A stretch of DNA of 63,021 nt, the filler included, from Octopus bimaculoides (lineage: Eukaryota), in NCBI RefSeq assembly GCF_001194135.2. It is 3 parts of 3 records of this genome, joined end to end, with 100 filler letters (N's around TTAATTAATTAA, not from the genome) between each part and the next. Parts side by side here need not be neighbours in the genome. Positions count along the whole stretch, not along the records: positions 32,065 to 60,971 come from NC_068990.1; positions 61,072 to 63,021 come from NC_068995.1; 1 more part is not named here. The stretch is one strand, 5' to 3'. The translations under genes and the position numbers were made by a program. Positions within the stretch are counted from its first letter, which is position 1. Each line of letters starts with the position of its first letter. Below the pieces are notes generated by a model that did no database searches, was not told the DNA's origin, and was given only the letters and a program-made list of their open reading frames with translations. Shown piece after piece: positions 50,538 through 61,975 of this stretch.

Positions 50538-50874
50538 NNNNNNNNNNNNNNNNNNNNNNNNNNNNNNNNNNNNNNNNNNNNNNNNNNNNNNNNNNNNNNN
50601 NNNNNNNNNNNNNNNNNNNNNNNNNNNNNNNNNNNNNNNNNNNNNNNNNNNNNNNNNNNNNNNNNNNNNNNNNNNNNNNNNNNNNNNNNNNNNNNNNNNN
50701 NNNNNNNNNNNNNNNNNNNNNNNNNNNNNNNNNNNNNNNNNNNNNNNNNNNNNNNNNNNNNNNNNNNNNNNNNNNNNNNNNNNNNNNNNNNNNNNNNNNN
50801 NNNNNNNNNNNNNNNNNNTATATATATTCATAAATATATATGTATGTGTATATATATATGTGTGTATATATATA

Positions 50875-50918
<44 letters not shown>

Positions 50919-50934
50919 TATATGTATATATATG

Positions 50935-50969
<35 letters not shown>

Positions 50970-51512
50970 ATACATGCATGCATGTATTGTAAACTAATAA
51001 TTTTACTTTTTCGGATTTATTTTGTTGTTTTTTCTTACCCCGTTATACTCCAGTATCCTCTTCATCTTTCCTGTCGTCTTCATCCCAATCTCCTCCATTC
51101 TCTTCTCAGTTTTCTTCTCTCTTCTTCTTCTCCTCCTCCTCCTCCTCCTCCTATTTACATTTCATTTATTGCCATTTTTTTTTCCTTCGGTCTTCGCCTT
51201 TATTCTCACGTTTCTTCTTCCTTTCGATTCCAATCTCAAATCACAATATTCGTTCTGTTTCTCCGTAATATTTTTCTTTATCAATTTATACATCGAACTT
51301 TAACTATCATAAACAGAACAGACGATTCTAAACAAACTCCATCCAGCAGCTGATTTCTATTCCCAGCTGGAGCCACTTCATTATTTAACCTCACTTTACT
51401 AATTGATATCCGCAGGAAAATTACACATTAAAATCACCCGTTCAGACTCTAAGTTCCATAAAAGAACCCCTCTAATCTCATGTCTCTATCAGAATTAATT
51501 TTATTTATAAGA

Positions 51513-51725
51513 TGGCAAGCTGGCAGAAACGTTAGCATGCTGGGCAAAATGCTTAGTGGTATTTCGTCTGTCTTTACGTTCTGAGTTCAAATTCCACCGA
51601 AGTTGACTTTGCTTTTCATTCTTTCAAGGTTGATAAATTAAGTACCTGTTGCATACTGGAGCCGATATAATTGACTGGCTCCCTCCTCAAAAATTTCAGG
51701 CCCTGTGCCTAAAGTAGAAAAGAAT
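51513..51725 (+). mobile_element. SINE family A
   Basis: ggcaagctggcagaaacgttagcatgctgggcaaaatgcttag...gagttcaaattcc...aaaatttcaggccctgtgcctaaagtagaaa. Confidence 0.88.
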
Positions 51726-51892
51726 TAGTTTTATTTTACCAGGCACTTATTCTTAGCTGGATTAGTGATCATATCAGTACGATAGTTATTAACGGGACAT
51801 TCTATTCTTTATCTAAGTCTCCTCAGTATTTTATTGCACCCTCTTCTCTCTCTTCCTCTCCCCATCCCTCTAAATATTTATGATGTTTAAGG

Positions 51893-52110
51893 TAGTCTGT
51901 TGGCAGAATGATATGTTTGAGGGGAAAACTGCTGAGCGGCATTTTGTCCATCTTTACATCCTGGCTTCAGATTCCGCTGAGGTCCATCTTTGCCTTTCAT
52001 CCTTTCAGGGTCGATAAAATAAGTACCAGTTGAATACTGGGGTTGATGTAAATGTCTCATTTCCTCCCACAAAATTGCTGCTCTTGTGGCAAAATTTGAA
52101 ACCATTATTA
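51893..52110 (+). mobile_element. SINE family A
   Basis: ggtagtctgttggcagaatg...tttgcctttcatcctttcagggtcgataaaataagtaccag...aaaatttgaaaccattatt. Confidence 0.8.
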
Positions 52111-52129
52111 TTATTATTATTATTATTAT

Positions 52130-52529
52130 TACTCTTTTACTCTTTTACTTGTTTCAGTCATTTGACTGCGGCCATGCTGGAGCACCGCCTTTAGTCGAGC
52201 AAATCGACCCCAGGACTTATTTTTGTAAGCCTAGTACTTATTCTATCGGTCTCTTTTGCCGAACCGCTAAGTTATGGGGACGTAAACACACCAGCATCAG
52301 TTGTCAAGCGATAGTGGGGGGACAAACACAGACACACAAACACACATACATATATATACATATATACGACGGGCTTCTTTCAGTTTCCGTCTACCAAATT
52401 CACTCACAAGGCTTTGGTCGGCCCGAGGCTATAGTAGAAGACACTTGCCCAAAATGCCACCCAGTGGGACTGAACCCGGAACCATGTGGTTGGTAAGCAA
52501 GCTACTTACCACACAGCCACTCCTGCGCC
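52130..52529 (-). mobile_element. SINE family B, full length, inserted in (TTA)n
   Basis: Close reverse complement of the family B consensus; attattatt on both flanks. Confidence 0.92.
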
Positions 52530-52624
52530 TATTATTATTAATATTATTATTATTATGTTGTTTCTTTTTTCTTCTTTCTTCAAATTTTCTTCCATTTCTT
52601 GCCAAGTGTTTGCCGTACACCTAG

Positions 52625-52675
52625 GGCAGAGAAGCTCGTTGTATGCATTCCCAGTTTAAACACACAAATTCACAG
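52625..52675 (+). CDS. Candidate 51-nt exon
   Basis: Long pyrimidine tract at 52560-52605, TAG acceptor, CAG|GTAAAG donor; two frames are open. Confidence 0.28.
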
Positions 52676-52744
52676 GTAAAGTATGTATTAAAAAAAAAAG
52701 CAAAAATAAATAAATAAATTCATGAATGGATGTTGTTTTTACAG

Positions 52745-52812
52745 CGATAATGCTCTTCTCAGTACATGAGTCGTTCCAGTTAACACGATTTTTTGCACTT
52801 CCTGTAGGGATG
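52745..52812 (+). CDS. Candidate 68-nt exon
   Basis: Acceptor gttgtttttacag and donor ATG|GTAAGC; one frame reads through (IMLFSVHESFQLTRFFALPVGM), another ends DNALLST* at 52769. Confidence 0.28.
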
Positions 52813-52876
52813 GTAAGCCTGGTATCATTTTCAAATAGGTTTCAGTACCTTTTTTTTTTACTGTGGATGCACTCCC

Positions 52877-53265
52877 GTATGCTAATCAGCCCAGTCTATC
52901 CTTACCTCTCTTCATGTAGAGCCTGTGTACATTTACCTTAGGGTGGAGGGCATCATACATTGTCATTGTCTTTCGGGTAGTGTGATCAAGTTGGTCAATC
53001 TCCGCTTGTGTCCATCTCAGGATGGGTGAACTATAGCGGACTACAGCAACAGCTCATATGTTGATGGCAATCACAAGGTTCCTTGAATTGTGCTTTGATT
53101 TCAAGAGAAGTTTGAGGCGCTTGAAATATACAATGATGACCTTGTCTTTCATTTCTCTGTGCAATACATTGTCCAGCTCCAGGACCCCAAGGTACTTGCA
53201 CCGGTCATCATCTGGGTCTTCCATTCTTTCTCCGTTTGGCAATTCTATGCCCCTACAATTTACAC

Positions 53266-53268
<3 letters not shown>
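52877..53268 (-). mobile_element. R4/Dong-clade LINE RT C-terminal fragment
   Basis: GIELPNGERME..KYLGVLELDNVLHREMKDKV...KRLKLLLKSKHNSRNLVIAINI*AVAVVRYS; 5' junction in (TAA)n at 53269-53300. Confidence 0.88.
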
Positions 53269-53299
<31 letters not shown>

Positions 53300-53301
53300 G
53301 T

Positions 53302-53493
53302 GGTGAGCTGGCAGAATTGTTAGCACAACAGGCAAAGTGCATAGAGGTATTTCATTGGTTTTTACATTCTGAGTTCAAATCCCACTAAGGTTGACTCTGC
53401 CTTTCATTCTTTTGGGGTCCATGAGTACTGGGGTCGATGTAATCGACTTAATCTCTCCCCTAAAATTGCTGGACCTGTACCAAAATTTGAAAC
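53302..53493 (+). mobile_element. SINE family A
   Basis: ggtgagctggcagaattgttagcac...gagttcaaatccc...ggggtcgatgtaatcgactt...aaaatttgaaac. Confidence 0.85.
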
Positions 53494-53910
53494 GCTCATC
53501 ATCACCATCACCACCATCGTCACCATCACCATCATCATCATCATCGCCACCATCATCATCACCACCATCACCATTACCATCATCATCACCAGCACCAGCA
53601 CCAGCACCAGCACCATCATCAAATGAATTTCTATTTCATAATTTGGGGTGACTTAATTTCTAACTGATTACACACACACGGAACAAACACACACACAGAG
53701 AAACACACACACACAGAAACACATACACATACACAAACACTCAAACACCACACACACATACACACGCACGCCCTCCCCACCACAGAAAAAGACACACACA
53801 CACACACAATGTCGTTCATATGTTCCATGAAATATACAGACATCCTCCAAGAATTTTAATGCTTAATTCTACAACCCAATTTTACAGAATGATTCCGTGT
53901 CGAGCTCATA

Positions 53911-54216
53911 CTGGCACTCCGTTGGTTATGACGATGCGTGTTCCAGTTGACCCAATCAACAGGACCTCAAGCTTGGGAAATTAATGTGCAAGTGGCTGAG
54001 TATTCCACAAACATTCATACCCTTAATGTAGTTCTCCAGGGGATTCAACATGACAAAGAATGTGACAAAGCTGACCCCTTTGAATTAGTGATACAACTCC
54101 TTTTTGCTGAGAGAACTGAAGCAACATAAATACAGCATCTTGCTCAAGGACCCAGTGTTATGCTGGGAATTGAATTCATGGTTTTACAATCATCAGCCGA
54201 GTACCTCACCACATGC
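53911..54216 (-). mobile_element. Chimeric SINE: family C 3' tail joined to a different head (CCTTGAGCAAG core)
   Basis: 53911-54085 matches the family C tail; 54140-54216 carries gcatcttgctcaagg and a tRNA-like head. Confidence 0.65.
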
Positions 54217-54989
54217 TTTCACTTGAGCACTTCTTATATGTTTGTTAATAACAAACTGTAATCTAACTTTAATTAGCTATTCTGCTACACATGGTTTCAC
54301 ATATTTTCTTTGTTTAATGGCTGCATCCCATTTGACACTTAAGTGTTCAGTGATTGCTAGAGCAATAGAATGGAAGAGGACTGGCAATCTGTCCTAAATG
54401 TTTCCAAGCGAATGACCTCAGCACAAAGAACTCAATGGTTAACTGGAAGCATTAAATCAGAAGTTACCTTTTATCAATCACCCACACATTTAGTGAAGCA
54501 TTGGTATTTATTCCTGTTGGTATTCATAAAACAAATTGAAAGTAACCTGAGTTGATTTGAGACCTCCTGAGATCCATCTATTTGACAATGATTTGTGTAG
54601 CTAACATGTATCTAGGCTACCATGTTTTTGCATTCAAAATATTGATTTCTAACATAAGGGCATGGAAACCTTTCTGTCGAAGAATCAAAGTTGATGAGAT
54701 AAATCCAATATGAAGGAAAATCAATAACAAAATCAACTTCGATGACACTTGAACCCAAAACAAAGAAAGCCATTAGCAGCAGCATTTTAACTTCTACTTT
54801 TCCATGCAGGCATGGGTTGGATGGAGTGTCATGAAGCACATTTTCTATGGTTAGGTGCTCTTCTTGTCACCAACTCTCATCTGTGTCTGAACAAAGTAAT
54901 CTTTGTAGTAAAGATTGTTTGCCAACATAACATGGCAGTCCTGGTTTAGGACGAATGCTGCTGTAATTTAGCCCCAGGAGACATCGTCA

Positions 54990-55120
54990 CCAAATCCACT
55001 CACAAGATTTTGTTTGGGGGCTACAGTAGAAAACACATGCCCAACATGTTGTACAGCAGGATGGAACCCAACACCACATGTTTTCAAACCAAACGTCTTA
55101 ACTACACAGCGGCACCTGCA
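54990..55120 (-). mobile_element. SINE family B, 5' remnant
   Basis: ccaaatccactcacaag...tagaaaacacatgccca...gaacccaacaccacatg...actacacagc. Confidence 0.6.
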
Positions 55121-55203
55121 CCTTAGCGCAAAAAATATCCAATGAAAAACTAACAGAAATCACTTTAAACTTTAAACATCAAGTAAAACTTGCATGACAA
55201 ATC

Positions 55204-55369
55204 TTTGATCCCTACAGTCACCAACTGAATCAATCCGATATGTTTCTGCAGAATTTCCTAATGGTTAACGTCAACCCAAATGCTTGGACCCTCTCAAAAG
55301 CATGACATAAAACATAGACGTAATGTGATGCTCACTAGGATCAGCAAGTTGATAACGATAGGGATCAAA
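55204..55369. mobile_element. Small MITE-like element with imperfect ~23-bp TIRs
   Basis: tttgatcctacagtcaccaact ... agttgataacgatagggatcaaa; the internal aaatgcttgga.cc.ctcaaaa recurs near 55950-55990. Confidence 0.5.
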
Positions 55370-55564
55370 CATAATTTATTAACCCATGATTATTTGTGAA
55401 GAACTTGATGACCACAGGAATTGAACTCGAAGCTGTATGCCTAAAAAGAAGACTTGTTAATTTAGTTTTCCAAATTTCATTTTATGACATTTTAACAAAA
55501 TTAAACTGAATCTCACAAATTTTATTTTTGAGACGAAACAAAATTCAGGTGATTGAAAGCTCGT

Positions 55565-55780
55565 CCTTATCATTTAACGTCCATGTTCCATGCTGGTATG
55601 GGTTGGAGAAGTTGACAGGATTCAAATAAGTCTGAAGATTGCATCATGTCACAATGTTAACTTTCTCAAGTGTTCCATGGTTGAATGCCCTTCCTAATAC
55701 CAACCCCTTTGCAGTGTGTTCAGTGTGCTTTTGGGGTTTTCTTTTCGTGACATCAGCACTAATAAGGTCACCAGGCAGTC
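55565..55780 (+). mobile_element. Repeat family E
   Basis: atcatttaacgtccatgttccatgctggtatgggttgg...atgcccttcctaataccaaccc. Confidence 0.7.
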
Positions 55781-56212
55781 TACAAGACTACAAACCCCTT
55801 TGACTGAGTGGGGTTGCAGTTGAGAGGGAGATGGCTTTGTTCTATGGAATGGAAAATTAAGGTGTGAGGGAAAGGGCCAGAATTGTATGTGACAATCTTG
55901 GACCCTTGAAACACAAACTGAATTGATCCAATTTTCTAATAGTTAATATCACCCAGAATGCTTGGATCCACTCAAAACGATGACATTAAAAAGAGACGCA
56001 GAGGTACTACGTAATTACACACACTATAGACGAGAAGGTGGAGCAAGAAAGAGGTAAAGATCAATCATGGTGATGAGGTGTAGGGGGAGGAAGAGAAGTG
56101 AGTAGAGAGAGTGGGACAGGGGGTGTGGGTGTGTAGAGGCTGCAAGAGTAATAGGCGGAGAATGAGAAATGGATGGAGACAGAAAATGTGTGAGGGGAGG
56201 AAATATCATTAT

Positions 56213-56377
56213 GCAGAGCAAGTGACTGTGTGGTAAGAAGTCTGCTTTCCAACCACATGGTTTCGGGTTCAGTTACCACTGCAGGGCATCTTGGGCGAGT
56301 GTCTTTCACTATATCTACTGGTTGACCAAAGTCTTGTGAGAGGAGTTGGGGGACAGAAACTGAATGAAGCCTGTCGC

Positions 56378-56428
<51 letters not shown>

Positions 56429-56650
56429 TCTTTGTGCCTGTGTTTGTCTTTGTGCCTGTGTTCATCTCCACAACCACTTGACAACTGGTGATGTGGTGTT
56501 TATGTGCCCAATAGAATAAGAACCAGATTTAAAAAAAAAAAACAGAAAAAAAAAAGTACTGGGGTTGATTCATTCAACTGAAATATTCTCCAAGTTGGTG
56601 CTCCAGCATGGCTGCAGTCTAATGCCTGAAACAAGTAGAAGATAAAAGAT
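56213..56650 (+). mobile_element. SINE family B
   Basis: agtgactgtgtggtaagaag...cgggttcag...cttgggcgagtgtc...tgctccagcatggctgcagtc...ctgaaacaagtagaaga. Confidence 0.85.
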
Positions 56651-57119
56651 ACAAGATAAAGTGTTGAGTGATGACAGGTATGGAAGGCAAAGCAGAGTAG
56701 GTGACAACTGTAAAGATTGGATAAACTGTGACAGAGCAGCATGTGAAATTAAGTTTAATTGATCGTTTATTTATATTTGTTATTTTGTTTATTTCTTTTG
56801 TTCACTTCACATTTGTTGAAATGAATAAGATTTTAATTAACAGAAGAAAAGCTGTTGAAAGGTAATTGTGAAAATTAACATGATCTGATGAAATTACCCA
56901 AAGATCTAATGCTAAAGATTTCTGTATTATTGGTTAAGAAACCTGCGGGAATATTTCTAAAGCGTTTTTATTTTTTTTCTTTATCCAATGGAAAAATTAT
57001 ATGAAATTATATTTCAGAATTTTTTGGTGAAGAAAGGAAATTGTTATCTCATTGTTGTGTCTTTCGTAAAATCTAGTTGCAAATGTAAGTATGGAGCCAA
57101 ATAAACTAAAATGCAATTT

Positions 57120-57174
57120 TATATCACCATCATCATCATCACCGTTGTTGTCATCTTTGTCATCATCGTCGTCG

Positions 57175-57208
<34 letters not shown>

Positions 57209-58090
57209 CATCACCATCATCATCGTTGTCGTCATCGTGTCATCATCAACAAAATCATCATTGTCATCATCATCATCATCATCGTTGCCATTGTCATGTC
57301 GTTGTCGTCATCATCATTATCATAATTATCATCATCATTACCATTTTCACCATCATCACCATCATCATCATTGTCATCATCATCGTCGTCGCTGTCATCA
57401 TCATCATCATCATCGTCATCATCATCATCACCATTGTCATCACCGTCTTCATCCTCATCACTGCTTAACGTCTGTCTTCCATGCTGGCATGGGTTGGATG
57501 GTTTGACAGGAGCTGGCAAGCCAGAAAGCTACACCAGGTTCCGTTTGTCAGAGTGTACTGGGTGCTTTTCATGTGGCACATGTGATTGTTTGCATGGTGT
57601 AAGCACAGGTGGTTTTTGTGTGGCACCAGTGGGGCCACTAAGTGACTTGGAAGGCAAAGACCTCTCATTTCAGAGTGGGAGTGGAACCGAGGGAAGATGC
57701 TGTGAGCCAGGTGAGAGATTAGAGTATAAAAAAAGGGACAGAAGCAGTTGACTTACTATAGCAACAACAACAATAATAAAAATAAAAATAATAATTATTA
57801 TTATAACAATGATGACAGCAATGATATCGACAATGATTACAACTATTATGATGTTGATGATGATGCTGATGAATGATGATGATGACAATCACAGCAACAA
57901 TGACAATAAAGTCAGTGATAATGATGACGACAATGGTAGTGATGATGGTGATGATGACAACCGCGTTAACAAAAATGATGATGGTGTTGGTGATGAGGGT
58001 GATGATGATGATGGTGGTGCTGGTGACTATTAACCCTGATGGTGATAATGATTTGGGGGCATAATAATGTTGATGGTTATGCTACTAACA
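57120..58090. repeat. (CAT)n and (GAT)n/(CAA)n microsatellite fields flanking a family E copy (57465-57720)
   Basis: Direct reading; source of the poly-S/H/I/D/M ORFs. Confidence 0.9.
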
Positions 58091-58322
58091 ATACAAACAC
58101 CAGTAATGGCGATATAATATTGACGACCATACAGTGATTAATTAGCACAAGCATCAAAGTAGAAAGAGTTAGTCATGACACACACACATAGAATTGTGCC
58201 ATTAAATATCGGAGATTAGCAGAGAATGTGAAGAAAGAAAGACAAAGAAAAGACCCTAAAATCAACCAATATGTAAATACAGCATGTGTTATCTGAGTGA
58301 CAAAACATTGAAATACATCCTT

Positions 58323-58389
<67 letters not shown>

Positions 58390-58769
58390 NNNNNNNNNNN
58401 NNNNNNNNNNNNNNNNNNNNNNNNNNNNNNNNNNNNNNNNNNNNNNNNNNNNNNNNNNNNNNNNNNNNNNNNNNNNNNNNNNNNNNNNNNNNNNNNNNNN
58501 NNNNNNNNNNNNNNNNNNNNNNNNNNNNNNNNNNNNNNNNNNNNNNNNNNNNNNNNNNNNNNNNNNNNNNNNNNNNNNNNNNNNNNNNNNNNNNNNNNNN
58601 NNNNNNNNNNNNNNNNNNNNNNNNNNNNNNNNNNNNNNNNNNNNNNNNNNNNNNNNNNNNNNNNNNNNNNNNNNNNNNNNNNNNNNNNNNNNNNNNNNNN
58701 NNNNNNNNNNNNNNNNNNNNNNNNNNNNNNNNNNNNNNNNNNNNNNNNNNNNNNNNNNNATATATATAT

Positions 58770-59154
58770 TGTGGCACTCAGGCAGTTACAACGATGAGGG
58801 TTCCAGTTGATCTGATCAACAGAACAGCCTGCTTGTAAAAGTAATGTGTAAGTGGCTGAGCACTCCACAGACACATGTACCCTCAATGTAGCTCTCATTG
58901 AGATCCAGCATGACACAAAGTGTGACAAGGCTGGCCCCCTTCAAAATAAAGGTATAACAGAAACAGGAAGAAAGATTGAGAGAAAGTTATGGTAAAAGAG
59001 TACAGGAGGGTTCGCCACCATTCCCTGCTGGAGCCACATGGGGCTTTAGGTGTTTTCACTCAATAAACACTCACAATGCCTGGTCTAGGAAATGAAAACT
59101 GCAATCCCACAACTGTGAGTCCGCTACCTTAACCACTGGGCCATTGCACCTCCA
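58770..59154 (-). mobile_element. SINE family C, full length
   Basis: Reverse complement of 12629-13010, from tggcactc to ccattgcacctcca. Confidence 0.88.
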
Positions 59155-59424
59155 TGCACACACTACAACTGACCAACTCTTTTCTCCCCTCCCCATTTTT
59201 TTCACACATGCATACGTCGAAATCACCAGCATTCTCTCTCTCACACACACACACACACACAGCTCCTCGTACTTGGGTCACCGTTTCTTTCTTTCCCCTC
59301 TTGTTATCTCCCCTTTTTCTTAACTCTCTTGCGTGAACTTTCTGTCCGCAGACGCCATGATTAATCCCTGACCAAACACCATTCAATTTTTTTCTCCGTG
59401 TTTTTCTCCTTGTTTTCTCCGTAT

Positions 59425-59520
59425 TCTTTCTGTTGAAGAGCGTAGCTCGAAACGTTAAAGACTTTCTGTATTCTTGANNNNNNNNNNTCTGTTGAAGAGC
59501 GTAGCTCGAAACGTTAAAGA
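59425..59520 (+). ncRNA. Two tandem minimal hammerhead-like motifs with a variant CUGUUGA core
   Basis: TCTTT-CTGTTGA-A-GAGC gta GCTC-GAAAC-GTT^AAAGA at 59425-59461; identical copy at 59488-59520 across a 10-N gap. Confidence 0.6.
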
Positions 59521-59659
59521 CTTTCTGTATTCTTGAGCGTCAAACTAATACATCCTTTTGTTGTTTACACCACCTGTCCTTGTCTGTTGTTTTTTTGTAC
59601 ATTCTCCCATATATATATATAGGATAGTGGTATAACAAGGTGCCAATATATATTCTTTT

Positions 59660-59843
59660 ATTTTTTTATTTGTTTTAGTCATGTGACTGCAGCCATAAGC
59701 ACTGCCTTTAGTCAAACAAATTGGCCATATGACTTATTCTTTGTAAGCCTAATACTTATTCTATTGGTTTCTTTCACCGAACTGCTAAGTTACAGGGATG
59801 TAAACACACCGACATCGGTTGTCAAGCAATGGTTGGTGGGGGA

Positions 59844-59870
<27 letters not shown>
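59660..59870 (-). mobile_element. SINE family B, 3' half
   Basis: ttgttttagtcatgtgactgcagcc...gtaagcctaatacttattctattgg...gacaaac. Confidence 0.75.
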
Positions 59871-59891
<21 letters not shown>

Positions 59892-60144
59892 GTTGTATTT
59901 GGAGATGGTCATGTTGCTAGTTTAGTCAATAAAAACACAACACACGCATTATACATTTGGTATTCACTTGCTTCAGCTTTATTTTATATTAATTATATTT
60001 CGTCCAGAGTTCTTCCGTCGCACCTCTGTGACCTCAACAGTGGTCCTTTGCTTTCTTCTTTCTTTTTTGTGTGTCTCTCCTTACTAATGATCTGCCATTT
60101 TGTATTCCTATTGTATGTGTTTTTTATTTGTGCATGCCTATATC

Positions 60145-60546
60145 CCTGTGTGTGTCTATGTTTAGTAAGTGTGTGTGTGTGTGGGGGGGATGTGCTTACA
60201 TTATCAGTATCCCCTGTTTATACACATTCATTTAGTTTACCTTTATTTATTTTATTCATTTGTTTATATCTACTTACTTTTTCTTTTCTTTCTATATATT
60301 TTTTGTATTTAATTTAATTTATTTTGTTAATGTATATAGTCATTTAATTCCATTTATTTAATCTGCGTATTGTATTATATAAATATAAAATAATAATATA
60401 CAGATAAATAAATGGAATTAAATAACTATATACATTAACAAAATAAATAAAAGTAAATTAATTGAACATGTATAAACAGGGGATACTAATAATGCAGGCA
60501 CCCCCCCCCCACACACACACACTTACTAGGCATAGACACACACAGG
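60145..60546. repeat. Large imperfect inverted repeat (foldback), about 150 bp of matched arm
   Basis: The left arm 60145-60372 is the reverse complement of the right arm 60400-60546, apart from a ~65-bp insertion in the left arm. Confidence 0.9.
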
Positions 60547-60936
60547 TGTCTTTCAACTAAGGATGAATTAAATTAAGCTGGTGTGTGTGGAAGTTAATGT
60601 CCTGTTCTTTGTATTTGTAATTGTGTACCATTTCTCTGTTTTTTCCGTCCTTGTTTTCGTATACATTTGCTTGTTTTCTTCCAAAGAATCTAGTGCTCTT
60701 AGCTTAGATTTGCTTGGCACCGGCCAGATTGGTGCAGTCTCGAGTGTAGCCAGCTGAAACTGCAATGACGATCTGGAACTCAAGTAACAATAGAAAGCTC
60801 TGAATGACCCGTCCTTGGTTTTTCCTGTCCTTTTTGTATCATCTAACTCTATGGATGTTTTGTTGTTGCCTGTTACATTTTTGTTCCATTTTTAAAAAAA
60901 ATATATATACATATATTGGCATACGTACACTCTTAG

Positions 60937-60971
<35 letters not shown>

Positions 60972-61071
60972 NNNNNNNNNNNNNNNNNNNNNNNNNNNNN
61001 NNNNNNNNNNNNNNNTTAATTAATTAANNNNNNNNNNNNNNNNNNNNNNNNNNNNNNNNNNNNNNNNNNNN

Positions 61072-61124
<53 letters not shown>

Positions 61125-61559
61125 ATATACTTTCGCACATACATAAATCTACGAATATAGACATACATACACTGAAACACACATACATACATATAGTATA
61201 TAGGTGTCTCAATAAAGACTCTCTTATTCATATTCTTACAGAAGAACGTACGTTTGCACGTTCACACACATAGACCCCCACACGTTCAAATATGCCTACA
61301 CACAGAGGCAGAAACCTTACTTATGTTCTTATGTATTGCGGAAGATGTGAAACGATGATTCATTGCTTTTGTTTTTCATGGGTGCAACACATGTTATAGA
61401 CTCTTGTATCCTTTCTCACTCCTGGTATTTTGTGCAATAATACCGCACACTTTACACTTTGTTCCACATCTAGCTAAGTGTAACAACGACAAACCACGAA
61501 GTTGATCTCACACCCTTGATTCCAAACGCACATACTTTACAGAAAGCATATCAGTAGGA

Positions 61560-61975
61560 GAGTTCCTCAATGCGGGTGGTCGACACGCTAGAAATATTCG
61601 CTAAATACCTCTCAAATTACACCCTGTTATCTGAAATATCGGATGCGTTACATTGGATAATGTGGTTGCTTTTTTTTTCAGCGGGATGGCCCTGTCGTGG
61701 GCCAACCCATTGTTCTGTAAAAACACAAAGAAAAACAAAACCAGGATGGCTTACAACTGAAATACGTTTGATCTTTGGTCCGCTCAATAAGGATTGACTA
61801 GGGGCTAAAAAATAACCCTATGGAAGGATATATTAGAAAATATAATCCAAGATGTACAGATACGCTACGTCTGCAAGAAAAAAAATAATAATGGAGAGTG
61901 AATCACAATGGAAACTTTTTTTCTCATAGGTCTGATTCTGATCTATTAGGACTGACCCCAACAGTTAATCAATAA
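61560..61975 (+). mobile_element. SINE-like family D 3' part with an internal partial duplication
   Basis: gacacgctagaaata...cattggataatgtgg...tttgatc...gactaggggctaaa, then a second decayed copy. Confidence 0.5.

Noticed and set aside
54370-54555. ORF MEEDWQSVLNVSKR...
   Set aside because: 61 codons with no recognisable domain or convincing splice context.
36-61231. Long ORFs in the track (poly-[17 protein letters not shown]-filled)
   Set aside because: They are translations of microsatellites or run through N gaps.
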